Shown in pieces: positions 33,947 through 46,329 of a DNA stretch of 64,000 nucleotides (position 1 is its first letter; every line of letters starts with the position of its first letter). Source of the DNA: Zancudomyces culisetae HAW-14-8 (lineage: Eukaryota; Fungi; Kickxellomycota). The stretch spans positions 2,460,971 through 2,524,970 of the forward strand of contig JBNJNM010000012.1 in the NCBI GenBank assembly GCA_052426225.1, read 5' to 3'. Both the position numbers and the translations under genes were made by a program. The notes below the pieces were generated by a model. The model was given only the letters and a program-made list of their open reading frames with translations. It ran no database searches and was not told the DNA's origin.

Positions 33947-34312
33947 ATGTCTTCTCGACCAACCTTGCAAGCTACAATATATTCAGCAATTGATCATTCT
34001 GGAAGTGTAATAAACAATTTCCAGATGAGAAAGCATAAATGCCATAACATTAACCAGGGTGGCTCAGGAAGGTTTCTTAATCCCACTGATAAATCAGGAG
34101 GATTATTGATGTGCAGAGAAAGAAACTGTAGCGGTGTATGCACAGTAAACACCGATTTTATAACGCAGGGTGTGTGGAATTTCCCTCAAGATCTCAAGTC
34201 TGGTCCACTTTCTATCAGATGGGTATCAACAGGAAAAGTCCCAAACGAATATACTTCTAGATTGTTTTGCTTCACAATAGATTATTGCTTCAGAAAAAAG
34301 TTTAATAAGTAG
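33947..34312 (+). CDS. Small cysteine-containing protein, paralog of 43387-43803; signal peptide seems frameshifted or on a missing exon
   Basis: Shares C..GxLLxCRxxxCxxxC..SG..SxxW with the 43387 protein. Upstream ACTAAC...TAG (acceptor ~33887) is followed by out-of-frame hydrophobic LLIPLLLYMILV. Confidence 0.5.
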   Translation: MSSRPTLQATIYSAIDHSGSVINNFQMRKHKCHNINQGGSGRFLNPTDKSGGLLMCRERNCSGVCTVNTDFITQGVWNFPQDLKSGPLSIRWVSTGKVPNEYTSRLFCFTIDYCFRKKFNK

Positions 34313-34877
34313 GAATAATTAATTCTAGACTTCGTAAACTTGCTCTCTAATAAAGTGACGATTAAGAGTTCACTCAAATGCAAAACATTCATAGATTAAA
34401 AAAGGCTGTTATATGGGTTAATTTCTGACATGCAAATTTAACTGGAAAGGTATTATTTTTTTTTTCTTTTCAAATGTTTAGCTTATTACCTCAAAGAGTC
34501 AACTCGATATTGTAAAATCAAATTTAAAGAAAATCATAAAAAGTGTAAACATAAAAAGACTGTAACTGTACTTCAAGGAAAAGCATTTAAAACGAAAATT
34601 CGTTCAATGGGTTTTTTCCAATTTGAGAACTCAAAAATCTTATCAATTTTTGGCTATTCCAGGCAATAATTTGTAAAGTTAGCTTTTAATAAAGAGGAGA
34701 TTTAATTTATGATAAAGTTTGTTGCTAACTATATTTGTTAATTTAATTTTAATTGTTTATTTTGTAAATAAAATTATTGGTTAAACATAAATACTAGGGG
34801 TTTATAAAAATGCATTAAAATCACTGTAGGGTCAGGTACGATGAAAGAAAAAATATCAACACTCTAGAAAAACCAAC

Positions 34878-35297
34878 CTAGTAGTAGTATCCAGAGTATC
34901 CACCGTAGTATGGGTAGCTGTAACCGTAACCGTAGCCATACGATGGATATCCGTAGTATCCGCCATAGTATGGGTATCCATAGTATCCATACCACCAACG
35001 ATCATCGGTTCCATTTCCTGCATCACCACCTTCTGCTGAAGGATCAACAGTTTGAGCAGAATCTTCTTCGGCTGGTGCAACTTTCTCCTCCTCGTCAGCA
35101 CGCTTGCGGTAGGCTGGTGCAGCGAAGCGGTTGTTAAAGGCAGGGCGAGATGGTGGAGCATATCCTCCAAAGTCCTGGACCTGTTCCATTGGTGGTTGCA
35201 TAGGTCCGACATTTGCTCTTGGTCTTGGAGCGGATGCAGCATTTACTGATACTGTGGCAACTGCGGCTGTGAAGAGTGCGAGTGTTGGCTTTACCAT
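34878..35297 (-). CDS. Secreted Gly/Tyr-rich precursor protein, 139 aa
   Basis: Signal peptide MVKPTLALFTAAVATVSVNA, RKR dibasic site, acidic spacer, then WWYGYYGYPYYGGYYGYPSYGYGYGYSYPYYGGYSGYYY; a GC-rich island in AT-rich flanks. Confidence 0.85.
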   Translation of the reverse strand: MVKPTLALFTAAVATVSVNAASAPRPRANVGPMQPPMEQVQDFGGYAPPSRPAFNNRFAAPAYRKRADEEEKVAPAEEDSAQTVDPSAEGGDAGNGTDDRWWYGYYGYPYYGGYYGYPSYGYGYGYSYPYYGGYSGYYY

Positions 35298-36888
35298 TTT
35301 TGATATTTAGTTTAATATGAGCGTTGTGTGTAGCTGATGCGCTAATGCAGTGTTTTAATACAGATGATTATGATTATGCTTTAAATTGATACTTGAAGAA
35401 TCTTCAACTGTTGATGATTTTTTATTTTGACTGATATTTTGACCTATCTTATACTTTTATTTTTTCTTGTTTGTAATCTACTTTAGTCTTTAAACTCTAT
35501 TAACGGGATCCTATATCATCTTTAAAGAGATAGTGGAAGATTTTAATTTTAGAACGGTATAAACGAGTATTCTTTGCTCTAACTTTAGTATATTTAGGTT
35601 ATAATAATAAACGATATGATTAATAGTTAGTAATAATTGTACTATTATTAACCTAAAATGGTATATCGGATTTTTCTAAATACACTTACTTAGATACCAG
35701 CGTTGTAGTACTAGCAAATAAAAGTTAAAGATTTTTGCGCTTAGTCTTATTTCATTGGTAGATTGAATGATTTATAATGTTACCTAATACTACGTAAAAA
35801 ACTTAGATTTTAGATTTTGTATCTAATTCGTTTAAAATATCTTTCCTTAATAAGTAATAAATAAAGTAATTAAAACGAGAGTAAAGTACCTCATTGATGG
35901 TATCGGTATTTTCGAAAAAACTCTGAAGTAGATAATAGTGTCATTTCTAAAAATAATATTAATATTTATAATATTCCCTTAAATGGAAAAACATTAACTA
36001 ATATTGGGGGTGCACCTGGAAAAGAGGTAAAATAGACAAAACTACCCGGTCCTGTAAACATTCCAATTCCACTAGCCTTTATTTCATTTTTCCCGACAAG
36101 GATTAGCCACTACTTATACACACCTATGCATTGTGTTTGTAATTTAGAATAAAATAAACGCCTATTTTGTATAATGTATTATTAAACCACGAAGCAATTA
36201 CTATGAAACTCTCTAGCACAATGAACTTGATGATATCAGTTTCAAAAAACAAAATGAACTTTATTTTTATGTTCAATTAGCTATTTTGGTCCCGTAGGTG
36301 TTACTAATAGCAAAATTATATTATCAAGGGTTTACTGTTTGATTCTACTTATAGATTACTAACTACTTTAGAATATTAGTAGCTATATTGATCTGATTTA
36401 ATATTCTATTCAGTATTGAATATAATAATATGTTTAGTTGAATGAAATGAAAACTTATTATTGTTATGCGAACATCCAGATACAATTATGTCCCACCCAA
36501 TTTCCACCCATACCTAGCTCAAAGATGGTAAAGATTCAACAGGAAAAAGAGTATATCAGTTTATATATGGTTTAAATTTATTTTATTTAGTTCGTTTTAA
36601 TTATTTTATAAAAATTATACTTTGATGTCTGTCATTACACACATCATTATGTATAAAGTTTCTAAATTAAACACTCTTTTTATCGTTTAATTTATTACCA
36701 AACTTTAAGTTAATATATTAAACGATAAAAATAGTATCTAGGAAAAATTTTCGATTGATAATAAAGATTGGTACACAAATAATTGTATCTGGGTAAGAAA
36801 AGCATAATAATTAGTTATAATTGTAAAAAAAAGTTATTTCAATACCGAGAAACAAAATTATATTAATCATCTAATGTGTGATCGATAT

Positions 36889-39800
36889 CTAACTACATCC
36901 ACATGGCGGTCTGCGTATTGGCCTACATCCACATGGTGGTCTGCGTATTGGCCTACATCCACATGGTGGTCTGCGTATTGGCCTACACCCGCATGGTGGT
37001 CTGCGTATTGGCCTACATCCACATGGTGGTCTGCGTATTGGCCTACATCCACATGGTGGTCTGCGTATTGGCCTACACCCGCATGGTGTCGGTTTTGGTG
37101 TTGGTGTCGGTTTTGGTTTTGGTGTTGGTGTTGGTGTTGGTGTTGGTGTTGGTGTTGGTGTTGGTGTTGGTGTTGGTGTTGGTGTTGGTGTTGGTTTTGG
37201 TGTTGGTGGAATTGTTGACCAAGTTTTTGGTTTAGCTATTGAGCCACCAACTGGTGAACACGGCTGATATGGTGTTGGTTTTGGTGTTGGTTTTGGTGTT
37301 GGTTTTGATGTTGGTGTTGGTGTTGGTGTTGGTGTCGGTTTTGGTGTTGGTGTTGGTGTTGGTTTTGGTGTTGGTTTTGGTGTTGGTTTTGGTGTTGGTG
37401 TTGGTGTTGGTGGAATTGTTGACCAAGTTTTTGGTTTAGCTATTGAGCCACCAACTGGTGAACACGGCTGATATGGTGGTGGTGTTGGTGTTGGTTTTGA
37501 TGTTGGTTTTGGTGGAATTGTTGACCAAGTTTTTGGTTTAGCTATTGAGCCACCAACTGGTGAACACGGCTGATATGGTGTTGGTTTTGGTGTTGGTTTT
37601 GGTGTTGGTTTTGATGTTGGTGTTGGTGTTGGTGTTGGTGTCGGTTTTGGTGTTGGTGTTGGTGTTGGTTTTGGTGTTGGTTTTGGTGTTGGTGTTGGTG
37701 TTGGTGGAATTGTTGACCAAGTTTTTGGTTTAGCTATTGAGCCACCAACTGGTGAACACGGCTGATATGGTGGTGGTGTTGGTGTTGGTGTTGGTGTTGG
37801 TTTTGGTGTTGGTGTTGGTTTTGGTTTTGGTGGAATTGTTGACCAAGTTTTTGGTTTAGCTATTGAGCCACCAACTGGTGAACACGGCTGATATGGTGGT
37901 GGTTTTGGTGTTGGTTTTGGTGTTGGTTTTGGTGTTGGTGTTGGTGTTGGTGTTGGTGTTGGTGTTGGTTTTGGTGTTGGTGTTGGTTTTGGTGTTGGTG
38001 GAATTGTTGACCAAGTTTTTGGTTTAGCTATTGAGCCACCAACTGGTGAACACGGCTGATATGGTGGTGGTGTTGGTGTTGGTTTTGGTGTTGGTTTTGG
38101 TGTTGGTGTTGGTTTTGGTGTTGGTGGAATTGTTGACCAAGTTTTTGGTTTAGCTATTGAGCCACCAACTGGTGAACACGGCTGATATGGTGGTGGTGTT
38201 GGTGTTGGTGTTGGTGTTGGTTTTGGTGTTGGTGTTGGTGTTGGTGTTGGTTTTGGTGTTGGTGTTGGTTTTGGTGTTGGTGGAATTGTTGACCAAGTTT
38301 TTGGTTTAGCTATTGAGCCACCAACTGGTGAACACGGCTGATATGGTGGTGGTTTTGGTGTTGGTTTTGGTGTTGGTTTTGGTGTTGGTGTTGGTGTTGG
38401 TGTTGGTGTTGGTTTTGGTGGAATTGTTGACCAAGTTTTTGGTTTAGCTATTGAGCCACCAACTGGTGAACACGGCTGATATGGTGGTGGTTTTGGTGTT
38501 GGTTTTGGTGTTGGTTTTGGTGTTGGTGTTGGTGTTGGTGTTGGTTTTGGTGTTGGTGGAATTGTTGACCAAGTTTTTGGTTTAGCTATTGAGCCACCAA
38601 CTGGTGAACACGGCTGATATGGTGGTGGTTTTGGTGTTGGTTTTGGTGTTGGTTTTGGTGTTGGTTTTGGTGTTGGTTTTGGTGTTGGTGTTGGTTTTGG
38701 TGTTGGTGGAATTGTTGACCAAGTTTTTGGTTTAGCTATTGAGCCACCAACTGGTGAACACGGCTGATATGGTGGTGGTGGTGGTGTTGGTTTTGGTGTT
38801 GGTTTTGATGTTGGTTTTGATGTTGGTTTTGATGTTGGTGTTGGTGTTGGTTTTGGTGTTGGTTTTGGTGTTGGTTTTGGTGGAATTGTTGACCAAGTTT
38901 TTGGTTTAGCTATTGAGCCACCAACTGGTGAACACGGCTGATATGGTGGTGGTGTTGGTGTTGGTTTTGGTGTTGGTTTTGGTGTTGGTGTTGGTTTTGG
39001 TGTTGGTGGAATTGTTGACCAAGTTTTTGGTTTAGCTATTGAGCCACCAACTGGTGAACACGGCTGATATGGTGGTGGTGTTGGTGTTGGTGTTGGTGTT
39101 GGTTTTGGTGGAATTGTTGACCAAGTTTTTGGTATAGCTATTGAGCCACCAACTGGTGAACACGGCTGATATGGTGGTGGTGTTGGTGTTGGTGTTGGTG
39201 TTGGTTTTGATGTTGGTGTTGGTGTTGGTGTTGGTTTTGGTTTTGGTGTTGGTGTTGGTTTTGGTTTTGGTGTTGGTTTTGGTGTTGGTGGAATTGTTGA
39301 CCAAGTTTTTGGTTTAGCTATTGAGCCACCAACTGGTGAACACGGCTGATATGGTGGTGGTGTTGGTGTTGGTTTTGGTGTTGGTTTTGGTGTTGGTGTT
39401 GGTTTTGGTGTTGGTGGAATTGTTGACCAAGTTTTTGGTTTAGCTATTGAGCCACCAACTGGTGAACACGGCTGATATGGTGGTGGTGTTGGTGGTGGTG
39501 TTGGTGTTGGTTTTGGTGTTGGTTTTGATGTTGGTGTTGGTGTTGGTGTTGGTTTTGGTGTTGGTGTTGGTTTTGGTGTTGGTGTTGGTTTTGGTGTTGG
39601 TGGAATTGTTGACCAAGTTTTTGGTTTAGCTATTGAGCCACCAACTGGTGAACACGGCTGATATGGTGGTGGTTTTGGTGTTGGTGTTGGTGTTGGTGTT
39701 GGTTTTGGTGGAATTGTTGACCAAGTTGTTGGTTTAGCTATTGAGCCACCAACTGGTGAACACGGCTGATATGGTGGTGGAGGTGGTGGAGGTGGTGGCG

Positions 39801-40083
39801 GACATCGAGGTGGTGGAGGTGGTCGCCTACAACCACAACCCTTGAGGTCTACAGTTCCTAAATTATTACTTAGAATATGACTGTTGTTTAGATCTGCTTT
39901 ATCTTCGCTCTTCTTTTTGATTATTCTGTTGTGTTGTCTATTTGGGGATGCACTCAACCATCTATTCTTCAAAGTTAGAATAGAAAACTGCTGTGTTTTT
40001 TTCGTTTGCTTATCTACATAATTTTGCGAGTAAGCTGATACAGCTACAAGTGCTGAAAGATATACTATACAGATCTTAACCAT
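36889..40083 (-). CDS. Secreted extensin/glue-like Pro-Thr-Lys repeat protein with Cys-rich ends, 1064 aa
   Basis: ATG 40083 ([17 protein letters not shown] signal), GCGCRR-polyPro, 18 copies of [22 protein letters not shown] separated by (PT/PK)n, and C-terminal ([10 protein letters not shown])x6-CGCS; uninterrupted ORF. Confidence 0.88.
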   Translation of the reverse strand: MVKICIVYLSALVAVSAYSQNYVDKQTKKTQQFSILTLKNRWLSASPNRQHNRIIKKKSEDKADLNNSHILSNNLGTVDLKGCGCRRPPPPPRCPPPPPPPPPPYQPCSPVGGSIAKPTTWSTIPPKPTPTPTPTPKPPPYQPCSPVGGSIAKPKTWSTIPPTPKPTPTPKPTPTPKPTPTPTPTSKPTPKPTPTPPPTPPPYQPCSPVGGSIAKPKTWSTIPPTPKPTPTPKPTPKPTPTPPPYQPCSPVGGSIAKPKTWSTIPPTPKPTPKPKPTPTPKPKPTPTPTPTSKPTPTPTPTPPPYQPCSPVGGSIAIPKTWSTIPPKPTPTPTPTPPPYQPCSPVGGSIAKPKTWSTIPPTPKPTPTPKPTPKPTPTPPPYQPCSPVGGSIAKPKTWSTIPPKPTPKPTPKPTPTPTSKPTSKPTSKPTPKPTPPPPPYQPCSPVGGSIAKPKTWSTIPPTPKPTPTPKPTPKPTPKPTPKPTPKPPPYQPCSPVGGSIAKPKTWSTIPPTPKPTPTPTPTPKPTPKPTPKPPPYQPCSPVGGSIAKPKTWSTIPPKPTPTPTPTPTPKPTPKPTPKPPPYQPCSPVGGSIAKPKTWSTIPPTPKPTPTPKPTPTPTPTPKPTPTPTPTPPPYQPCSPVGGSIAKPKTWSTIPPTPKPTPTPKPTPKPTPTPPPYQPCSPVGGSIAKPKTWSTIPPTPKPTPTPKPTPTPTPTPTPTPKPTPKPTPKPPPYQPCSPVGGSIAKPKTWSTIPPKPKPTPTPKPTPTPTPTPPPYQPCSPVGGSIAKPKTWSTIPPTPTPTPKPTPKPTPTPTPKPTPTPTPTPTSKPTPKPTPKPTPYQPCSPVGGSIAKPKTWSTIPPKPTSKPTPTPPPYQPCSPVGGSIAKPKTWSTIPPTPTPTPKPTPKPTPKPTPTPTPKPTPTPTPTPTSKPTPKPTPKPTPYQPCSPVGGSIAKPKTWSTIPPTPKPTPTPTPTPTPTPTPTPTPTPTPTPKPKPTPTPKPTPCGCRPIRRPPCGCRPIRRPPCGCRPIRRPPCGCRPIRRPPCGCRPIRRPPCGCRPIRRPPCGCS

Positions 40084-41619
40084 TTTTTTTTCAATTTGAT
40101 ATATCAAAGTTCTTTGATTTTATAAATTATTGATGCAACATTTCTATTAAATTTGACAAATACTATATTTTACCATTTTTAATTCTTAAAGCAAATGGCT
40201 TTCTAAACTCAGTAGTATTGTCATAATTTATACTTTTTTTTATTAATCTTTCAAATCCATTGTTTAGTATCTACTAAAATCTGAATATTCATTTTTTTGC
40301 TAATTGTCATTTATAAATCTAGATGCTTATTATTAGAACACTAATTGAAATATTTAATTGTCTAATAAATACATATATTTTATTATTAGAATAATCTAGA
40401 TTATAAAATTTATTGTATTTATATTTAATTTATTATGTAAGTTGTATTTGGTTAATCCAAGGCTCTAGTTTTTTATCAATTAGACTTGTGTTTGTATTTA
40501 TTAATTTAATTATCACTTTAATATAATATATACACTAAGCTCAAAATGATTATTTTAACTTTTCTCGACTAAGCGCCTAGAACTTTTAAATATATTTATC
40601 AGATATATTTTTAATCTTAATAATAGATACTAAAATATACAATCTAGATTTTAATAATACATTTTTTCATTATCATTTACGTATTAAAATTTTTCAAAAT
40701 CAGTTGGAAAAGAATTATCCTTTCAATCGTGAGATCTGGTCTTTTATATATTAAATATTTTCCATAATATACAGAGATATTAAGAATTGTCTAAACTAAA
40801 GTACAAATAAGCATGAGATTGATTGACTAGAACTATAATTTATCCCATTTGAAAGTTATACCAATTACATTAATTTAGTTATAATTAATAGATTATTTAT
40901 TTATAACGCTTCTAGTATTTGCAAACTTTGTATTAATGGAAATTTGTTTATATTGTTAATTTTTATGAAGTGAAATATTTAAAAACGTTAGCTTGTCATA
41001 TAAGAAGAAATTCTTCAATATTTTAATAATGATATAACCACGTTCACCAAAGATTTACTAACTATTACGTGTGTGGTTCTAAATAGTCTTTTTGTTAAAA
41101 GTTAATTGGTTTAAAAGTGTTATACTTGCTTATTTAAAATGTAGGTTAATAAATGTGAATAAATATTTTGGAAAATGCTTTTTATTCTGAAAAATAAGGT
41201 GTTAAGAAAAACTCTCACTAAAAAACTTAAGCCTTATATATAAAACTAACTATACTAAATAATAATAACTATACTATATAATAAACCTAGAACTAAATAA
41301 ACTAATATGCTCCGGACTTCTAGAGTATTCAAGGTGAGTTTTAATAATTGAAATGACAACTAAATTTCTAGATAAACCTTAAATATCCACTATATGACAA
41401 GCTATATTGAACGTTGTTTGTGTTATTGAATATTTCAGGCTTTAGTTAATACTAAGCTGTTTTATTCTGATCAGTATAAAATATTAAAATATTATTATCA
41501 ACCAAGATAAATTGTAACCTAAAACAAATTTATATTATATCTACAATTTATTATGTTCAACGTTAAAAAATTATTTTAGTATATCACTCGTTTCCAAAAT
41601 AATCTAATCTAATAGTACT

Positions 41620-42431
41620 ATTGTCATGTGTGCCGGGTACAAGATGTAGATAATCCAATTACTTGGGAATCTATAAACATTTAAAACAAATGATATTATT
41701 ATAGAAAATGGAATTCATCTTTATAATAATTTCAATCAAAAAAAATATACAAATTTCCGATCACAAAATGATGGAAATATACAAGACAAAATACAAGAAA
41801 AAAATAATAATATGCAAAAACACCATAAAGAATTTATTAATAATAGTATTTATCAAATATCATAGGAGTATTAACACGCGTATGGAAAATGAGATATGAT
41901 ATCTTTCAGAAAAATTAATGAGATTAAATAATATAAATCGAATAAACAAACAGGCATATAGCACAGATTAATAAATATTAATTATTATAATTAAAAAAGA
42001 TAAATAGGAGTTTCTTTAGCTCAGTTAGTAGTTTTTCTATTAACACGTTAAACAGAAAAATAAAACAAGTTTGAATAATCAAAAAAGTATTGATTAAATG
42101 AAGTTTATTAAATAATAGTATTGAGTATTAATGTGCTAAGGCTAGAAGATAGTTCAAAGTAAAAAGTTAAAATTATTAAAATCTAAAAGCAATGCCAGGA
42201 CTCATGAAACAGCTCAGGACAGCAATCATCCTGCAGTTCAGGGATGAAGGTCGTTATTCATCAGATAGCGAACGATCAGGAGTGTCTTCAATGGATATTG
42301 ATTCGACCACCTCAAGTGATACATTTCAACATCTAGAAGATGAAATCAGTCAGGAGTTTCAATCCATGAAAAACATGACAAAGAAACGTGATCCACCCGG
42401 TCACGTGCGACAATACCCAATATCTATCTAA
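41620..42431 (+). mobile_element. Degraded LINE-like 3' relic, homologous to 28640-29800
   Basis: CHVC (CxxC) at ~41622, VWKMRYD at ~41880 (resembles the IWxxR motif of LINE ORF2 C-termini), then the 42192 ORF; nucleotide similarity to the reverse complement of 29240-29790. Confidence 0.5.
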
Positions 42432-43386
42432 GTAAATTAATAAGCACTTTTATAATAAAGTTGATTTATATTATCTACTCAGCAATCATACATCACATTT
42501 AAAGAACTTTAAAAAAATTGAACAGTTTTGTCGCAACAGAATATATCTACATATAAAGTTATCTAATAAAGTGATGAATAGGGTTATTTGATTTATTTTA
42601 TTTTTGGAAATTCAAAATCTAATAGCCACTGGAATTAATATCTTGTTAAAACAAGTTATAATTAATCGAGAAAAATAATAAATAAATAATGTAATTTCTG
42701 TAATGTTTTATAGTCACGTTGCTTCTTTCTATATACAAGTTACATGAAAACTAATTTTATAAAATATATATATACTTTTGCTCTTGTATTGAGTTTAATT
42801 ATTAAAATATTGTAAAGTATAGTCTCAAATAAAAATAATTAAAATAATAAAATTAACATGAGTTCTCTCTTATCTTGTCCAGTAGCATCCTATATGTGTC
42901 AAACATACACTCGGGCTTTCGTATAAAATTCACTTTAGGATGGTTGAGAGATGAAATTCATGAAACCAGGGGTGCTCAATGAAGGTAAACTTTTACACTT
43001 TCACATTACCCACTCAATCTAGCTACTCTGGTATAAATTTAAATTTAGAAATAATTAATATTGAAACATCCTCAATTACCTCTGATAGAAATATTACAAA
43101 GCAGTGAATAATTCAGGTATACAATTCGCAAAACCAAAATTAATTATTTTTTTTAATTAAGATTAAAACTTTTAGCCAGATATGAGTGAATAGAGTATCC
43201 TGTAAAAAATTATGCTGGTTCAATGAGATTGATAAAAAAATATTATAACGTCAACTAGTTTTGGTTTTAGGGTTTTACCTTGTATACTTAAAAATTTGGT
43301 TTAGTAAAGATATTTATTTAGATATTTCTGAATAACCATAAAATAAAGAATATAAACTAATTGATAACAAATTAATATATTTAATC

Positions 43387-43803
43387 TTAATTATTAAACC
43401 AAGCCATTGACTGTGCACCGCCGCTAATGTACATCAAAGTAGAATCAATCTCTTTTTTCTTTGACAAATCCAGCATAATACAATTACTATTGCAATCTTC
43501 TGACCGACAAAACAAAAGGTTACCTCTGTTTCCCGGTACACTATCTATTTTAAAAGATAATATAGGGGTCGTGCGATAACATTGGTTTGGTTTGATATTG
43601 CAGGTACCTCGGGGCAATTTATAGAGGTTAAGATAAAATAGTTGAACTGGTAAAGTTTGATAAACGGAATGCATCTGATTGAATTTGATCTCAGTAACGC
43701 CGTTTACACTAATAGCTTGATTAGATTTGTTCTTAGATTTCTGTACACTGTGACCAAAGGTTGAGCTAAGTGCTAAGATACTGAGAATTGCTGACTTGAA
43801 CAT
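43387..43803 (-). CDS. Small secreted cysteine protein, 138 aa
   Basis: ATG 43803; signal MFKSAILSILALSSTFG; five Cys including GNLLFCRSEDCNSNC; paralog of 33947-34312. Confidence 0.75.
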   Translation of the reverse strand: MFKSAILSILALSSTFGHSVQKSKNKSNQAISVNGVTEIKFNQMHSVYQTLPVQLFYLNLYKLPRGTCNIKPNQCYRTTPILSFKIDSVPGNRGNLLFCRSEDCNSNCIMLDLSKKKEIDSTLMYISGGAQSMAWFNN

Positions 43804-44949
43804 TTTAGGATTATTCTTTCTTTTTTCTATTCTAGTTTGGATTGTTGAATTTAAGAAGATGAGTAGTGAGTTTTTTTTAGAGTGAAAAATATTGCTCCTT
43901 AAATACATTTTACATTGAAATGATTACTCCAATTTCTACCTTATAAAGTTGAGTATGTCATAATATTTAGTTATGGTCCAAGTATGGTAATATTTTTTAT
44001 TTTTCTCCTAAATTGTATTTTTGTGTTAGTTTAGAATTTCTTTATTTTTTGTCTAGACTAATGAAAACGCTATTTATATTATGAAAAGCTAAAACGTACT
44101 ATATAGTTTATATTCATATAAATAACATAATCTTAATTTCTAGATCTTTTCGTAATTAATATTTCTGCTTTTCATATTTTATTGGTCATTTGTCATTTTT
44201 AACTATTAAAATTATTCCATTGTATGGTTATTGCTCTTCTAGAAATCGATACTAATTTAATAAATTATCTCTTTTATATCCTGCACCGTAGTCTATAATT
44301 TATAAATTATTAAAAGAGCTATCTAGAAACATCTATAACGAAAATCATTTAGATAGTTCGCTTGTTATTATAATTATACTATAATTTGGTATATATTTAA
44401 ATTGTTCGAGAATTTTTGAAATATTACGAAACTACAAATAAAATTATAGTTTAATATCTAATCCGCAGAACTTTACCTTTTTGGCTAGCCTTTCATCTAA
44501 TAAGAATATTTCTATACATATATTAACTAGATAGGTTATATAATTATATTTATAAATGATCTGGAATAAAAAAATTTAAACAACAAACTTCAATTTAAGT
44601 TTGCAAACCCCACTATAAATTAAAGCCAATAAAATGATTAAAATCAAAATAGGAATGTAGTGCCGCTAGAAAGTTACAGCTGTAAAAATAAGTAGAACTA
44701 ACTAAAAAATATTCATGAGGAGAATTGAGAGTAGATAGAGAGTAATATCTAAGCAGAGCTTTTACTTTTACAATTATATTTAATAAATTGTCTATATTGA
44801 ATAAATCATGAATGATACATTGTTATTTATTTAAATAGTACAATTATGGATTTGCTATCTTACTAAATATTTCCATCGATCTAATAATAGCGAATTATTA
44901 AAATATATTAATATATATTTTTTCTAAAATGTTGAAACAAAATACGGTT

Positions 44950-46000
44950 AAAGAAATAATATTTATTCAAAATTTACCGACTCCATCGAAAAGGTGTGTA
45001 TAAACAAAGAATAATTATGAATAGAATATTAGAATATTAGCATATTTGTACCCTTCAATAAATATAATTTATAATGAAAAATAAAGATAAAATACATGTT
45101 TAAATGATAGTAATAATAATAAGAATAACTATAATTTTCACAGTTACTTAACAGATTACTCTAAAAAAACAAGCTTGGTAATATCACTGTTATAGAACCA
45201 ACAGTAAGGTATTATATAACAATTGTAGACCTAATAATAGATTTGAGACATTGATAATTGGCAGATTATTTATACACGACTATAACCATTCTCTTACCGT
45301 ATAACAGGTTAATCCTAGCACATTAATATATAGAAAATCTATCAACAACCCATGCACTATTATTTATATAATACTTCGATTGTTAAATGTAACACTCTCG
45401 GTTAAAAGTATCTTTAGAAAAAACAATTTTTTACAATAAGATAAATTGATATAAGCTGCTTACCTTTTGCGATTGTGGTTTTGAATTATGTGGATAAAAT
45501 CTGAATAAAAAGATCTAAAATATATCTAATATGATAGAAATTTACGTAAATATATTGAAAATCGACCTATATAACACGAATATCATCTATGTATTATAAT
45601 GGATAGTAATTTGTATAAAGTAAATTCCGTAAAAAGTATTTTTCTCTTTTGGGTATGATAAAATATTTAATTATTATGTCAAATATTAATTGAAACCAAA
45701 CAATATAGATGATATTTAATTAAAGAACTATATTTTAATTAAAACCAACAAACCAGATAATAATACAGTATTCAATGATAATTGTTCAGTATGCTTCATT
45801 TAAATATAAAAATTTTACAAGTTTCAATTTATACTATAGTATATTTTTCTGCTACTAGTTTTATACATTTAACCAATTATTTTAAAATTTTTAAATATAA
45901 ATTGATCAAAATAATAGATAGATCTAGAATTTGAACAGTGTGGTTCTTAGTTACATAATTAATTTACAGAAGTTTAATAGAATAAAACATCTTTAAAATT
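44950..46000 (+). mobile_element. Highly decayed Penelope-like RT relic (second copy)
   Basis: Remnant motifs MDSN (45599; cf. AMGSN) and IDDI (45705) at a spacing similar to the better-preserved copy at 54.3 kb; a KLGNITVIE segment (cf. DKNLG) near 45170. Confidence 0.3.
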
Positions 46001-46329
46001 CATAAACTGGTATCCGCTATTTACTGATGTAATTTTCCATTTTTCTACTGAGTATAGTGTGTATTATGTTGGAATAAGAATTATAAAAATTATGTAATAA
46101 ATATTTGTTTTAATGAAATGGATCCTTATTTTAAATTTCAAATGAATGGGCTTAAAATATAATTCTGGTCTGTATATCCTTTAGATAAAATTTAACAGAT
46201 TATCATATAATATTTTTATTTGACAGTCGTTTTAGTAGTGAATAAAATAAAACGCAAATATTTGAATTATAAAGTAATAAGTCGAAAGTTTTTTAATACA
46301 GGCATCGGAAGCAGTATTTTAACAAAGAT

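Noticed and set aside
36874-39629. Poly-(WC), poly-(VL) and poly-(TN) ORFs
   Set aside because: Other frames and strands of the Pro-rich repeat gene; only the 36889-40083 frame has a signal peptide and stays open throughout.
37200-39780. CRISPR-like array or interstitial telomere (constant unit with variable spacers)
   Set aside because: Eukaryotic context, no cas genes, spacers are low-complexity in-frame Pro-Thr/Pro-Lys codons, and the hexamers are not TTAGGG.
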